Assembly: GCA_041738615.1 (NCBI GenBank) | Contig: JBGSPL010000001.1 | Location: 92,071 to 156,070, forward strand | DNA: 64,000 nt | Source: Patescibacteria group bacterium | GTDB taxonomy: Bacteria > Patescibacteriota > CPR2 > UBA1875 > CAIMLA01 | Direction of reading: 5' to 3' | Shown: positions 8,895 through 17,731 of the stretch, piece after piece | Layout: every line of letters begins with the position of its first letter | Position numbering within the stretch: the first letter of the stretch is position 1 | Program-made: the position numbers and the translations under genes | The notes under the pieces: generated by a model | Seen by the model: the letters and a program-made list of their open reading frames with translations, nothing else | Database searches by the model: none | Told to the model about the DNA's origin: nothing

Positions 8895-9977
8895 TTATTC
8901 CCTCCCGTTAGATACAGTATACGTTGCTCTCGCTACCCTTTTGAAGCGCTTTTTTTGTAGGTTTAGTAAAATAGTTGTTTCTTTTACCATGCGACGCTTG
9001 AGAACCTCAACAATAATGTCGTCCTTGTGCATTGGTCGCCCTGCTTCTACGAGGACAGTTTCGATCACTTCCTCGACCACGCCAGAGGCGTATCCCCACT
9101 CAGAGAGTGCGTAGATACCGCGACCGATCAGGACGAAGCGCTCATCACGAATCAGCTCGTTGTGAACGGCTTGCTTTGTCACATGCTTCTCTTTGCCACC
9201 AAAATTCTGGATATGATCGGCGATGGCTGTATAGTGCAGGGGCTTACTATGTTTCTTTAGAATGTAATAAGTCTTGTCCTTGATGCTCTTGGGGTTGATG
9301 TCACGCCAATGAGAAAGACCTAGATGACCAGACTCGGTACGCAGGATAACCTTGCTGATAGCAACGATAGCAACTATCGTCTTGGGCTCTAGTTCTTGGA
9401 CTACCTTGCGGATCTTGGCAACTAGCGATTTTTCCTCGACAGGTTTATCTTCGCTCTTAAGTATTGCAACTGCTTCCTTTAGGACCTTGTCGACTATCGT
9501 AGCTGTGATTGGCTCCGTGAAGTAGCTGCGATGCGCGTGATTGCTCTCGGTATATAGTGAGATATCACTTGAACAAGCGACGATAAAACTGAGCTGATGC
9601 TTTGCCTTGGCACTAGCGTTCTCCCCGAGGATACTATTGTCTAGAGTGGTGGCACGGACTACCCCGCCCTCGCTCTTTATAGCGCCGAGGATTACGGAAG
9701 AGATCTCCTGACCCCTCATGTCAGTAGAGACAAAGTCAGAGAGCTTCTTCAGGGTATTCTTCTCAATCTGGCGAACACGCTCTCGAGTAATTCCGAGCGC
9801 CTTCCCTATTTCTTCTAAAGTTTTTAGTTTGGCTCCAGAGAGCCCAAAGCGATCAGTGATAACTTCTTGGTCACGCTCTTTTTTTAGCTTTGGAGCAGCA
9901 AAAATAAACTCAACTTCTGCATTTACGTCGAGTTTTTGGCCTTTCATATTTGTATTTTGTGGGTTTGCTGTTTTCAT
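8895..9977 (-). CDS. Sigma-70 region-4 HTH plus HARE-HTH (RNAP delta-like) domain protein
   Basis: [23 protein letters not shown] at the N-terminus; [25 protein letters not shown] in the C-terminal half. Confidence 0.85.
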   Translation of the reverse strand: MKTANPQNTNMKGQKLDVNAEVEFIFAAPKLKKERDQEVITDRFGLSGAKLKTLEEIGKALGITRERVRQIEKNTLKKLSDFVSTDMRGQEISSVILGAIKSEGGVVRATTLDNSILGENASAKAKHQLSFIVACSSDISLYTESNHAHRSYFTEPITATIVDKVLKEAVAILKSEDKPVEEKSLVAKIRKVVQELEPKTIVAIVAISKVILRTESGHLGLSHWRDINPKSIKDKTYYILKKHSKPLHYTAIADHIQNFGGKEKHVTKQAVHNELIRDERFVLIGRGIYALSEWGYASGVVEEVIETVLVEAGRPMHKDDIIVEVLKRRMVKETTILLNLQKKRFKRVARATYTVSNGRE

Positions 9978-10053
9978 TTACAGTGCAATTATAGCACAAA
10001 AGACGCAATGCGTCAACGATTTTATAACACATTTATTCTATGCATTTTCTCAT

Positions 10054-10280
10054 GTCATTCCTGGTCGTAAGCCAGGAACCCAAACTTTGCCTTGCTAAAG
10101 CAAGGCGCTCTCGATACTTTTGTCCATAGTCACAAAAGTATCCAAAAAGACACTTTAAATGCGGCGGTCTGCTGACCTTCGCAGTAGGTATTCGTCAATG
10201 TTTTATCTCTATCATAAAGCCATCAAGGCAGACACATCCATAAGAACTATACGTCATTGCGAGCGAGCCGCGGCAATCTC
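10054..10280 (+). repeat. Cluster of REP-like palindromes plus second copy of the composite element
   Basis: GTCATTCCTGGTCGTAAGCCAGGAACCCAA at 10054-10083 (inverted near-copy at 25264-25293); hairpin 10113-10142; CGTCATTGCGAG..GGCAATCTC at 10252-10280. Confidence 0.7.
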
Positions 10281-10311
10281 TTCCCCCGCCATTTCAGCAT
10301 GGGCGGGAATC

Positions 10312-11034
10312 TTATCCCGCAAGGATTGTAGCTAGAAATATGACGGCCATACCGACTACGGTCATGATGGATGTCCATATGGCTGGATGTCGGTGGTGAC
10401 TCTCTGGTATGAGGTCACTGGCGCTAATATATAGATATAGGCCGATAAATACGGAGAGGATAAGTCCAAGGGTTGGCTCAGAGACGGTAAAGAAAAATGC
10501 CGCCGTAACACCTAGGGCTGGAGCTATAGCTACGGCCGCAAGCCACCTTAGGGTTTCCTTTCGGTCGCTCTCTTTGTTGAAAATCATACTTACAGTATTG
10601 ATTCCATCTGAAAAATCATGAGAAAGAACGGCTAATGCGACCACCCAACCGACGGTTGGTGAAACTTGGAATGCTAAACCGATACCAAGACCATCGAGAA
10701 AACCGTGGAGGATGAGGGCCGAGGCACCAAGCTTTCTATTGTGAGCCGGATTTTCACATTCATGGTCTTCAGAGTGTGCATGGATAGAGAAAAATCGGTC
10801 CAGAAGCATGAATATAGAGAAACCAACCGCGATAAGAACAGTTACAAGCTCTATGCTGTATCTGTCCTTTGTCAGATTCAGTGCTTCCGGCAGCAGATCA
10901 AAAAGTGCTACTCCGAGTACCGTACCGGCGCTGAACCCCAGGATCAGGTGGAGCTTGTCTTTTAGCTTAATCGCAAAGAGCCCACCTAGAGTGGTGCTGA
11001 CGATCGCTGCAATAGTAATGATAAATATAATCAT
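10312..11034 (-). CDS. ZIP family divalent metal transporter
   Basis: Multi-TM protein; LFDLLPEA, His-rich loop HAHSEDHEC, HGFLDG, HDFSDG and DLIPE motifs. Confidence 0.9.
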   Translation of the reverse strand: MIIFIITIAAIVSTTLGGLFAIKLKDKLHLILGFSAGTVLGVALFDLLPEALNLTKDRYSIELVTVLIAVGFSIFMLLDRFFSIHAHSEDHECENPAHNRKLGASALILHGFLDGLGIGLAFQVSPTVGWVVALAVLSHDFSDGINTVSMIFNKESDRKETLRWLAAVAIAPALGVTAAFFFTVSEPTLGLILSVFIGLYLYISASDLIPESHHRHPAIWTSIMTVVGMAVIFLATILAG

Positions 11035-11102
11035 AGTTTTTTCTTCGCTGATGTTTCGTTCATGGCTTTATTCTACTCCCGTTTTGTGCTTAGGGCAAGG
11101 CA

Positions 11103-11155
11103 ATGAGAAGCGCCCCGGAGGGCGCTCTCGAGATGAGAACGTCCTACGGGGCGTG
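11103..11155 (-). terminator. 53-bp palindromic 3' element, copy 1
   Basis: CGCCCCGGAGGGCGCTCTC-GAGAT-GAGAACGTCCTACGGGGCG hairpin; 50/53 identical to 11786-11838. Confidence 0.75.
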
Positions 11156-11177
11156 TGGTTAGCGCGGCTGGTAGGCG

Positions 11178-11627
11178 CTAGAAGAAGGTCTTCGCGATAC
11201 GCGGATCGACCTTTCGAGATTCGTCGATACCTCCGAAGTGGGGATTCTCTATTGTGGCCTGATAAGCACCCCAGAGCCTGTTCCCTTCTTCTTCGGTGAT
11301 GCTGACGATGATGTCGCTGGCACTGTAGCCCACTCTACCTATCGTAGTCTTGAATGAGCAGGTTGCGTACCAGACGTCAGTGGTCGGGTAATTCTCCCTT
11401 TCATTGCCAGTGTCATCTATCCGGCTGTAGGCCGGAACGTGGGCTATCTGTTCTACCCGCAGGTGGGTTTCTCGCTTCAACGCTTCGGTGGCATATGCCA
11501 CCGACTTATCGAGTACTTTCTGTGCCCACCGGTTGAAGGCCTTTGCGACTCCCTTCCAGAAGTAGTTTGCCACCACGATCATGCAGATCATGGCGATGAC
11601 GATGAAAGCTGCTTTCGGTGTGAACAC
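11178..11627 (-). CDS. GC-rich hypothetical protein, N-terminal TM plus small beta-rich domain
   Basis: GTG start at 11627 with GGAGG SD; promoter TTGACT(11717-11712)-N17-TATTAT; own terminator. Confidence 0.7.
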   Translation of the reverse strand: MFTPKAAFIVIAMICMIVVANYFWKGVAKAFNRWAQKVLDKSVAYATEALKRETHLRVEQIAHVPAYSRIDDTGNERENYPTTDVWYATCSFKTTIGRVGYSASDIIVSITEEEGNRLWGAYQATIENPHFGGIDESRKVDPRIAKTFF

Positions 11628-11785
11628 GGTTCGACCTCCAGTCGGTCCGAGGATGCTAACAAAGGCACCTGCTGATTTGCTCGGAGATATAATAACATAA
11701 TATTCCAATATAGTCAATACAAAGTAGGCCGCAGCTGCATTGGGCTTCTATCCAGCACGACATGAGTACTTGTGTCGAGATTACC

Positions 11786-11838
11786 ATGAAAAGCGCCCCG
11801 TAGGGCGCTCTCGTGATGAGAACGTCCTACGGGGCGTG
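11786..11838 (-). terminator. 53-bp palindromic 3' element, copy 2
   Basis: Near-identical to 11103-11155; lies just after the stop codon at 11854. Confidence 0.75.
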
Positions 11839-11853
11839 ATGTGGCCCGGACTT

Positions 11854-12231
11854 CTAGGCGAAATCCATGGCTTCTTGGTTGTCTCCACTGGCATGCAGAA
11901 TGCGCATCAGGTTTGCGACCATTCCGGTCTCCGGGAACCCCTTCGGCTGGAAGGGACCTTTGGGCCGCAGGTCCGGAGGGAGCTCGTGCGGACCGCTGGT
12001 GTCCTTGCGGACGGTAGGACCGAGAGCTTCCCCACCGATAGCGATGGTAGGGACGATCCGATGTCTCTCGGCAAGGCTGCGACGCTTTTCTTTCCGTGCG
12101 TCGCGACGCGCCTCGGCCGCAAGGTGTTCCCGCCTAGCAGCAGCTACGAAAACCTGCTCGAGCTGTTCCACCGATTTGGCCGGATTCCGATTACTCGGGT
12201 GTCTCGCCTTATTGCGGTTCTTCTTCGTCAC
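11854..12231 (-). CDS. GC-rich hypothetical basic protein
   Basis: GTG start with GAGGGGGT SD; Arg/Lys-rich N-terminal half; follows 12254-12613 as a two-gene unit. Confidence 0.6.
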   Translation of the reverse strand: MTKKNRNKARHPSNRNPAKSVEQLEQVFVAAARREHLAAEARRDARKEKRRSLAERHRIVPTIAIGGEALGPTVRKDTSGPHELPPDLRPKGPFQPKGFPETGMVANLMRILHASGDNQEAMDFA

Positions 12232-12253
12232 AGCTATACCCCCTCGGTAGAGC

Positions 12254-12613
12254 TTACGATGTCGTGTCGGTAGTCCAGACGCCGATTCCCTTGTTCTTGG
12301 CGTACCAGACCGGCTGGCCAGTGGCCTCAGGCAGCTCGCTCGAGCGAACTAGGCTCCAACGCTCGTTGCCGTTTTTGGCGACTCGACAGTAGGCACTGAC
12401 GTTCACCGAGATGCGGCCGGTCTCATCGGACTGGATGATTGCCACCCTCTCGTTCACGGAAACCAAGGTACCCTCGATGAGGATCAGGTTGTCCTTGTGA
12501 TGGCGGGCCGGCTGCCGACCATGTTGGCTCGCGGGCTCTGCCAGTACTACCTCGGTCTTCGCTGAATCACGCTTGCCGGGGACACTAGATACCCAGCCTT
12601 GGTGCTTTCCCAC
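12254..12613 (-). CDS. GC-rich hypothetical protein
   Basis: GTG at 12613 with AGGAGG SD; TATAAT at 12653-12648. Confidence 0.6.
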   Translation of the reverse strand: MGKHQGWVSSVPGKRDSAKTEVVLAEPASQHGRQPARHHKDNLILIEGTLVSVNERVAIIQSDETGRISVNVSAYCRVAKNGNERWSLVRSSELPEATGQPVWYAKNKGIGVWTTDTTS

Positions 12614-12826
12614 GAGGAACCTCCTACACATCGGCTACGGTGTAGGTATTATATACAAAAAAGACGTAATTACAAGAGAATATCTATGTTATATCGGCTA
12701 TTATGGCTTGACAAAAGTGTTACAGGGTTGTAATATCGGAAGCCTTATCTTGCTTCGTTTGTTGGGGCAGGATCACATATACTTCAGTTACATATTTGTC
12801 GGGACGATGCACGGGAAGGGAATCTC

Positions 12827-13153
12827 ATGTGTGCTTCGGGTAAGACGCTCGCGCAGGTCAATGTCGTGGTACCTATCGCAATCCTCGGGGTTAGAAGCAC
12901 CGCGGTGGCCGCTGCAGATGCTTACGCTTTGCAGCAGTCGATGTGGGGCCGTCACGCCGCCGAGTTTGCGAGGGTTCTCGGAGACGAGGTAACATCTGCG
13001 GATGTTGCTATCAGCGTCGAGCCTACCGACTCGTCCACGATCAGCGCTACCGTGAATCACGGGAACGCGTGCAAGTCGCAGCAGCTCGCCGAGTACGTCG
13101 AGGAGGTCCTGACCTTCGGCTTTGGCCGACCGGTAGCGGTTTTCGCCATCTAG
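12827..13153 (+). CDS. GC-rich hypothetical protein
   Basis: Promoter TTGACA(12708)-N17-TAATAT, GGAAGGG SD, terminator hairpin 13183-13234. Confidence 0.65.
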   Translation: MCASGKTLAQVNVVVPIAILGVRSTAVAAADAYALQQSMWGRHAAEFARVLGDEVTSADVAISVEPTDSSTISATVNHGNACKSQQLAEYVEEVLTFGFGRPVAVFAI

Positions 13154-13249
13154 ATCGGCCGCGCAGTAGCTATGGAGTATTTGAGACCCGGAACGGAAGG
13201 AACCTGAACTGGTTTATCCGGTTCGGGTCTCTTTCCGTTAAGCTAGATA

Positions 13250-14338
13250 CTATTGTGACTCGTTTTTCTTGGCCATGGCAATAGCTGGGATACCAGCAAG
13301 TTGTACGATACCGCCAACAAGCCAGGCGAATGGTATACTGATTGCTTTGGACATATAGCCAAAACCAAGCTGACCGATAGTTCCCCCACCGTCTGCAAAA
13401 AGTGCATCCAAAGAGATTAGGGTGGCTCTTTCCGATGATGGTATTACACTATTGAACCAGGTAGCCTTTACTGGTCCCAGAATACCAAAAGCAGTTGTTG
13501 CTAGTATGTAAAGACCGACCGCGAGGTAGAAGTCGCCGGCGATAGCGGCCCCGATTATTGCAACGGCTTGTATAAAGATCAGTATTTTAATTAGGCTTGC
13601 ACGCTCTTTTACGATCTCCGTTGCCTTCTTTACCAGTAGGTTGCCTAGTATCTGGGAAAGGCCTATGAGAGCTGCAATGACTCCGGAGACCCATACCAGG
13701 TTTTGATTCAGAAGGTCTAGAAAATATTTTTGCCAAGAGTAGAAGCCGTAGATGAAGAAGAGGCTTTGCGCGAAGGTGGCAAACATGAGGTAGCGTGCCG
13801 TTTTGTTTTGCAAACCATATTGTGTCCCGACCCTTGCTATCCTGGCAGTCTCAGCTCCGAATTGTGATATTTGGAATTTTTTTGGAGTAAATCCGATATC
13901 TTTCATAAAGAAGAGGCCTAGCAAAAAGGCTGGTATGAGGAGTACGGCTCGTGCTATATAAGGCAATACTAGCTGATATTGCCCAAGCAAGCCCCCCGCG
14001 ACAGTACCAAGTAGCATGGAGATACCAAATACTACACCAGCACGGGCAAAGATTATTTCGATTTTGCCTTTGTAGTCTATCGATTTCAGGGCGTCTATCA
14101 TCCAAGCGTCTACCGCTCCTGTGTAGAAGGTAAAGCCAAGCCCTAGTAGGACTGATGATAGCATAAAGAGTAGAATTCCCCCGTGGACGAACCCAACATA
14201 ACCATACAAGAGAGTGGAGATAAGTATGATGGCAACCGAAAGGAGGTATGAGGTTCGCCGTCCTAGCGTATCTGCCACGACTCCGGTAGGAACCTCGAAA
14301 ACTACCTGGCCTGCGGTAAACGCCGCATTTATAATCAT
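13250..14338 (-). CDS. MFS transporter, apparently N-terminally truncated
   Basis: EVPTGVVADTLGRR motif A lies only ~14 aa from the start; IPSSERAT; multi-TM. Confidence 0.8.
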   Translation of the reverse strand: MIINAAFTAGQVVFEVPTGVVADTLGRRTSYLLSVAIILISTLLYGYVGFVHGGILLFMLSSVLLGLGFTFYTGAVDAWMIDALKSIDYKGKIEIIFARAGVVFGISMLLGTVAGGLLGQYQLVLPYIARAVLLIPAFLLGLFFMKDIGFTPKKFQISQFGAETARIARVGTQYGLQNKTARYLMFATFAQSLFFIYGFYSWQKYFLDLLNQNLVWVSGVIAALIGLSQILGNLLVKKATEIVKERASLIKILIFIQAVAIIGAAIAGDFYLAVGLYILATTAFGILGPVKATWFNSVIPSSERATLISLDALFADGGGTIGQLGFGYMSKAISIPFAWLVGGIVQLAGIPAIAMAKKNESQ

Positions 14339-14373
14339 ATCATGTCTACTTTCGTTTATTGCGCGGATCGCAG

Positions 14374-15120
14374 TTATTTATACAGATCTTGGTAATTTAG
14401 CCAACCTGCAAGTTCTCTCTGATTTTGGACGTAACCACGGCATTCTATACCACTGCCGATGTGGATGCCCAGATGTAGGTGCTTTCTTTCTCCTGCGGTC
14501 TGGGTGCTGTATCCAGCACCAAGATTTGCAACGAAATCTCCCCGTACAACGGTATCGCCATTTGAAAATGTAGCGGATGTGACATCAACGTGGCCATATA
14601 GTACAGTTACTACCTGCTCTGAAATAGTACAGCCTAGTATTACAACCCCTCCGTAACCGTCTACAATCCCTTTGTATCTGACAGTTCCATCACAGATGGC
14701 TTTTGTTGGTATGGGTGTGTTCGCTTCTGATATGGTGGCTTCGAAATCCGTCCCTGTATGAAAGCCAGTAAACTTCTCAGGCTGGACAAGAGATTTAGCC
14801 GGGGTGACGTATGTGCCAAAAAGTTTTTTTGTAATCCGGGAGACGGGGTTGTCTATGGGCTCAGATACGGTCTTAATCTCGGCCGGTTTCACAATGGGTA
14901 AGCTCTTCTCCTTGGAAAAAGTCTTGCCATTCACCACGCACTTCGACGGATTTGAATTTTGTACCTGCAGACCAGCGGCAACGCATCCGTCATAGCTGCC
15001 TATCTGGCTCTTCTTGTAGAGCCCGTATCCGTATATAGCAAGCAGGGCCAATGGTATTACTAGGAGTAGAACCACAGCCCTTTTTATGAAGAAATTGTGA
15101 ATATTATTCCTTAGATCCAT
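14374..15120 (-). CDS. M23 family metallopeptidase with N-terminal TM
   Basis: HTGTDF, YGH and HLHLG zinc motifs. Confidence 0.9.
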   Translation of the reverse strand: MDLRNNIHNFFIKRAVVLLLVIPLALLAIYGYGLYKKSQIGSYDGCVAAGLQVQNSNPSKCVVNGKTFSKEKSLPIVKPAEIKTVSEPIDNPVSRITKKLFGTYVTPAKSLVQPEKFTGFHTGTDFEATISEANTPIPTKAICDGTVRYKGIVDGYGGVVILGCTISEQVVTVLYGHVDVTSATFSNGDTVVRGDFVANLGAGYSTQTAGERKHLHLGIHIGSGIECRGYVQNQRELAGWLNYQDLYK

Positions 15121-15187
15121 ATGTATATTTTACCACTCATTGATAGGGCTTCATCGGCTAGCTCTAAATTCAAGCTGTAAGATATAG

Positions 15188-16495
15188 CTATTTCTTTATG
15201 TCTCTCAGTCCATCTAACCGTTTTTTAATCTCGGCCTCTCCCCCGTTCTCTGTCGGTTTGTAGTATTTCTTGTCGATTAGCTTTGGGGGTAGGTAGTCTT
15301 GTTTCACGTGATGTCCAGGATAGTCATGAGGGTACTTATACCCAGATGATTTTCCTTGCATTTTATCGAAAGTTGTTGGTGCATTTACAATATGCTTCGG
15401 GACGCCGCTAAAGGCTTCGCTTCGCACGTCTCCAAGGGCCGCATCGATTGCTAGATATGAGGCGTTGGATTTGGGGGCACTGGCCAGATAGGTCACACAC
15501 TGGGCGAGGTTGATGCGGGCCTCTGGGAGGCCAATCTTCGTCACTGCCTCGAAGGTAGCGTTTGCAAGAACTAGTGCCATAGGGGCTGCGTTGCCGATAT
15601 CCTCGGAGGCAAATACTAGCATCCGGCGAGCGATAAATTTGGGATCTTCCCCGCCCTCAATCATGCGCGCTAGCCAGTAGATGGCCGCATCTGGGTCACT
15701 GCCGCGCATCGATTTGATAAATGCAGAGATGATGTCGTAGTGATTTGCCCCACCCTTATAGGCGCTAACAAAACGTTTGCTGAGGGCCTGCTCCACAACT
15801 TCTTGAGTAATTTTGTTGTTCACAAGCTTTGCCTTGGCGGCAATCTCTAGAGAGTTTAGGGCGACGCGAGCATCCCCTGCCGAGAAGGCAGCAAGCTGGT
15901 CCACGGCCTTCTTCTCAATCTTCAGTTTCTGCTCCCCGAGACCGCTGATCTTGTTTTTTAAGGCAAGGGCGATAATGTTGCGAATGTCATCTTCTGTGAG
16001 GGGCTTTAGCTCAAAGAGTTTGGAGCGCGACATGATGGCAGAGTTTATCTCGAATCCTGGGTTCTCGGTAGTAGCGCCGATGAGGACGATAGTGCCATTT
16101 TCGATATGCGGCAAGAAGCCGTCCTGCTGGCTCTTGCTGAAGCGGTGAATTTCGTCCACAAAGAGGACGGTCTTTTGCTGGTAGAGCTCACGTCTTTCGC
16201 GAGCTTCCTTGACCACACGGCGTAGGTCTGCAATCCCACTGGTCACAGCGCTAAACTCCTCGAAGTGGCTCTTGGTCTGGTTTGCGATAATCCTTGCAAG
16301 CGTTGTCTTGCCCGTCCCTGGTGGTCCCCAGAGGATGATGGAACCTAATGTGTCATTCTCTATAAGCTGTCGAAGCAAGGCCCCCTCGCCCACAATCTCC
16401 GCTTGCCCATAGAAATGTGCAAAGTCCGTCGGGCGCATCCTCTCCGCCAGCGGTTTGTGGGCATTGTTATTATCAAAAAGTGATTTTGCAGTCAT
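15188..16495 (-). CDS. rarA: Replication-associated recombination protein A (MgsA/RarA)
   Basis: PLAERMRP, GPPGTGKTT, VDEIHRF, GATTENP, SAFIKSMRGSDPDA and SEDIG motifs. Confidence 0.96.
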   Translation of the reverse strand: MTAKSLFDNNNAHKPLAERMRPTDFAHFYGQAEIVGEGALLRQLIENDTLGSIILWGPPGTGKTTLARIIANQTKSHFEEFSAVTSGIADLRRVVKEARERRELYQQKTVLFVDEIHRFSKSQQDGFLPHIENGTIVLIGATTENPGFEINSAIMSRSKLFELKPLTEDDIRNIIALALKNKISGLGEQKLKIEKKAVDQLAAFSAGDARVALNSLEIAAKAKLVNNKITQEVVEQALSKRFVSAYKGGANHYDIISAFIKSMRGSDPDAAIYWLARMIEGGEDPKFIARRMLVFASEDIGNAAPMALVLANATFEAVTKIGLPEARINLAQCVTYLASAPKSNASYLAIDAALGDVRSEAFSGVPKHIVNAPTTFDKMQGKSSGYKYPHDYPGHHVKQDYLPPKLIDKKYYKPTENGGEAEIKKRLDGLRDIKK

Positions 16496-16564
16496 AAGCT
16501 CATTCTAGGGGAAAGCTTTCGCTGTTTCAAGTAGACAGCGCCAGTCATGCCCCTCATGAATGTA

Positions 16565-16593
16565 TTGACAAAATGTACTCAATATACTATAAT
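16565..16593 (+). promoter_or_regulatory. Perfect consensus sigma70 promoter of sigH
   Basis: TTGACA-N17-TATAAT. Confidence 0.85.
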
Positions 16594-16649
16594 GTTGCAC
16601 GATAAGTTGTACCCGCAAAAGCAAGTTCGAGGTCTCGGGGGGAGACAAA

Positions 16650-17261
16650 ATGAACACCAGTAAGCCTGATCTTCAGCTTGTATTGGCTGCCCGCGAGGGC
16701 GACCAAGACGCTTATGACGAGATATTTCGGCGTTACCGGGGGCTCGTTCGATCCAAGACCCGCAGCTACTTCTTGGTAGGTGCAGACCGCGATGACGTGA
16801 TCCAGGAAGGCAATGTCGGCCTTTGCAAGGCCGTTTGGGACTACTCTCCCGACAAGGGAGCTTCGTTCCACAGTTTTGCCGAGCTTTGCGTGACGCGTCA
16901 GGTCATCACGGCGGTGAAAGGAGCGACTCGCAAGAAGCACCACCCGCTCAACGGATACGTTTCGCTCAGTAGAACGGTTGATCACAACGACGAAGGTGAT
17001 CGTGTTCTGAGCGATGTGCTCACAGGTGATTTTCTCGCATTTTCCGCGGAGGATGTCTGCCTGGCGGCGTTGTCACGAGAGGCGGTGTTCTCGGGACTTG
17101 CAGAGTCTCTAACACCTCTGGAGGCGGGCGTACTTCGTCTCTACCGTGCTGGCCGTACCTATGACCAGATTGGCTTGGAACTCAATGCTCCGCCCAAGCG
17201 GGTAGACAACGCCTTGCAGCGAGCCAAACGCAAGATGGAAGCTCTGATAAGAGCAAACTGA
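16650..17261 (+). CDS. sigH: RNA polymerase sigma factor, SigH (Spo0H) family
   Basis: RSYFLVGADRDDVIQEG, SFAELCVTRQVITAVK.ATRKKH.PLNGYVSL and VDNALQRAKRK are SigH-family signatures. Confidence 0.88.
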   Translation: MNTSKPDLQLVLAAREGDQDAYDEIFRRYRGLVRSKTRSYFLVGADRDDVIQEGNVGLCKAVWDYSPDKGASFHSFAELCVTRQVITAVKGATRKKHHPLNGYVSLSRTVDHNDEGDRVLSDVLTGDFLAFSAEDVCLAALSREAVFSGLAESLTPLEAGVLRLYRAGRTYDQIGLELNAPPKRVDNALQRAKRKMEALIRAN

Positions 17262-17325
17262 CCCACTTCTGAGTGGCTCCGAGAGGACCTACCCGGCAGT
17301 GGGTTCTTTCGTATTTAGAGCTCTA

Positions 17326-17544
17326 TTATAGTTCGGGACAAGCGCTAAACTCACACTTAGGACCTGTGCGGCTGACGTAGCTGCCGTCAGGACATTGCTT
17401 CGCCTCCATAGTGCAGGCAACCCCGCCATTTGGCGGCGTAGGGCTTTCTTTGGTTGGCTGTTTCATGAGGAGGATGCCGCCAATTACAAGTAGCAAAAAT
17501 AGCACCGCAGTGAGAAGTGAGAAAAACAGTTTCTTGTAGTCCAT
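17326..17544 (-). CDS. Small membrane-anchored Cys-rich protein
   Basis: TM followed by ACTMEAKQCPDGSYVSRTGPKCEFSACP, a four-Cys module frequent in CPR surface proteins. Confidence 0.8.
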   Translation of the reverse strand: MDYKKLFFSLLTAVLFLLLVIGGILLMKQPTKESPTPPNGGVACTMEAKQCPDGSYVSRTGPKCEFSACPEL

Positions 17545-17545
17545 C

Positions 17546-17644
17546 TTAGCTAGGGTTAACGCTCGAAGTTACCTGGATGCCCTTCGGCTTTTTTGCCTTC
17601 TTTGGTTTCTTCACGTTCTTTTGTGAATCTTTTCCTTTAGCCAT
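17546..17644 (-). CDS. 32-aa Lys-rich microprotein (not in ORF track)
   Basis: MAKGKDSQKNVKKPKKAKKPKGIQVTSSVNPS; GGAGGGG SD; stop lies 1 nt before the next ATG. Confidence 0.65.
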   Translation of the reverse strand: MAKGKDSQKNVKKPKKAKKPKGIQVTSSVNPS

Positions 17645-17731
17645 GTTCCCCTCCAATTGATTAAGTTCAAAATAATTATCTATATTATACGCTTTTCCCC
17701 TCTGTGCGGGAATGGAAGAAAGCGACTGAGA

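Noticed and set aside
11103-11838. Possible CRISPR array or integron attC sites
   Set aside because: Only two copies, 683 bp apart; no cas genes, integrase or attC core motifs
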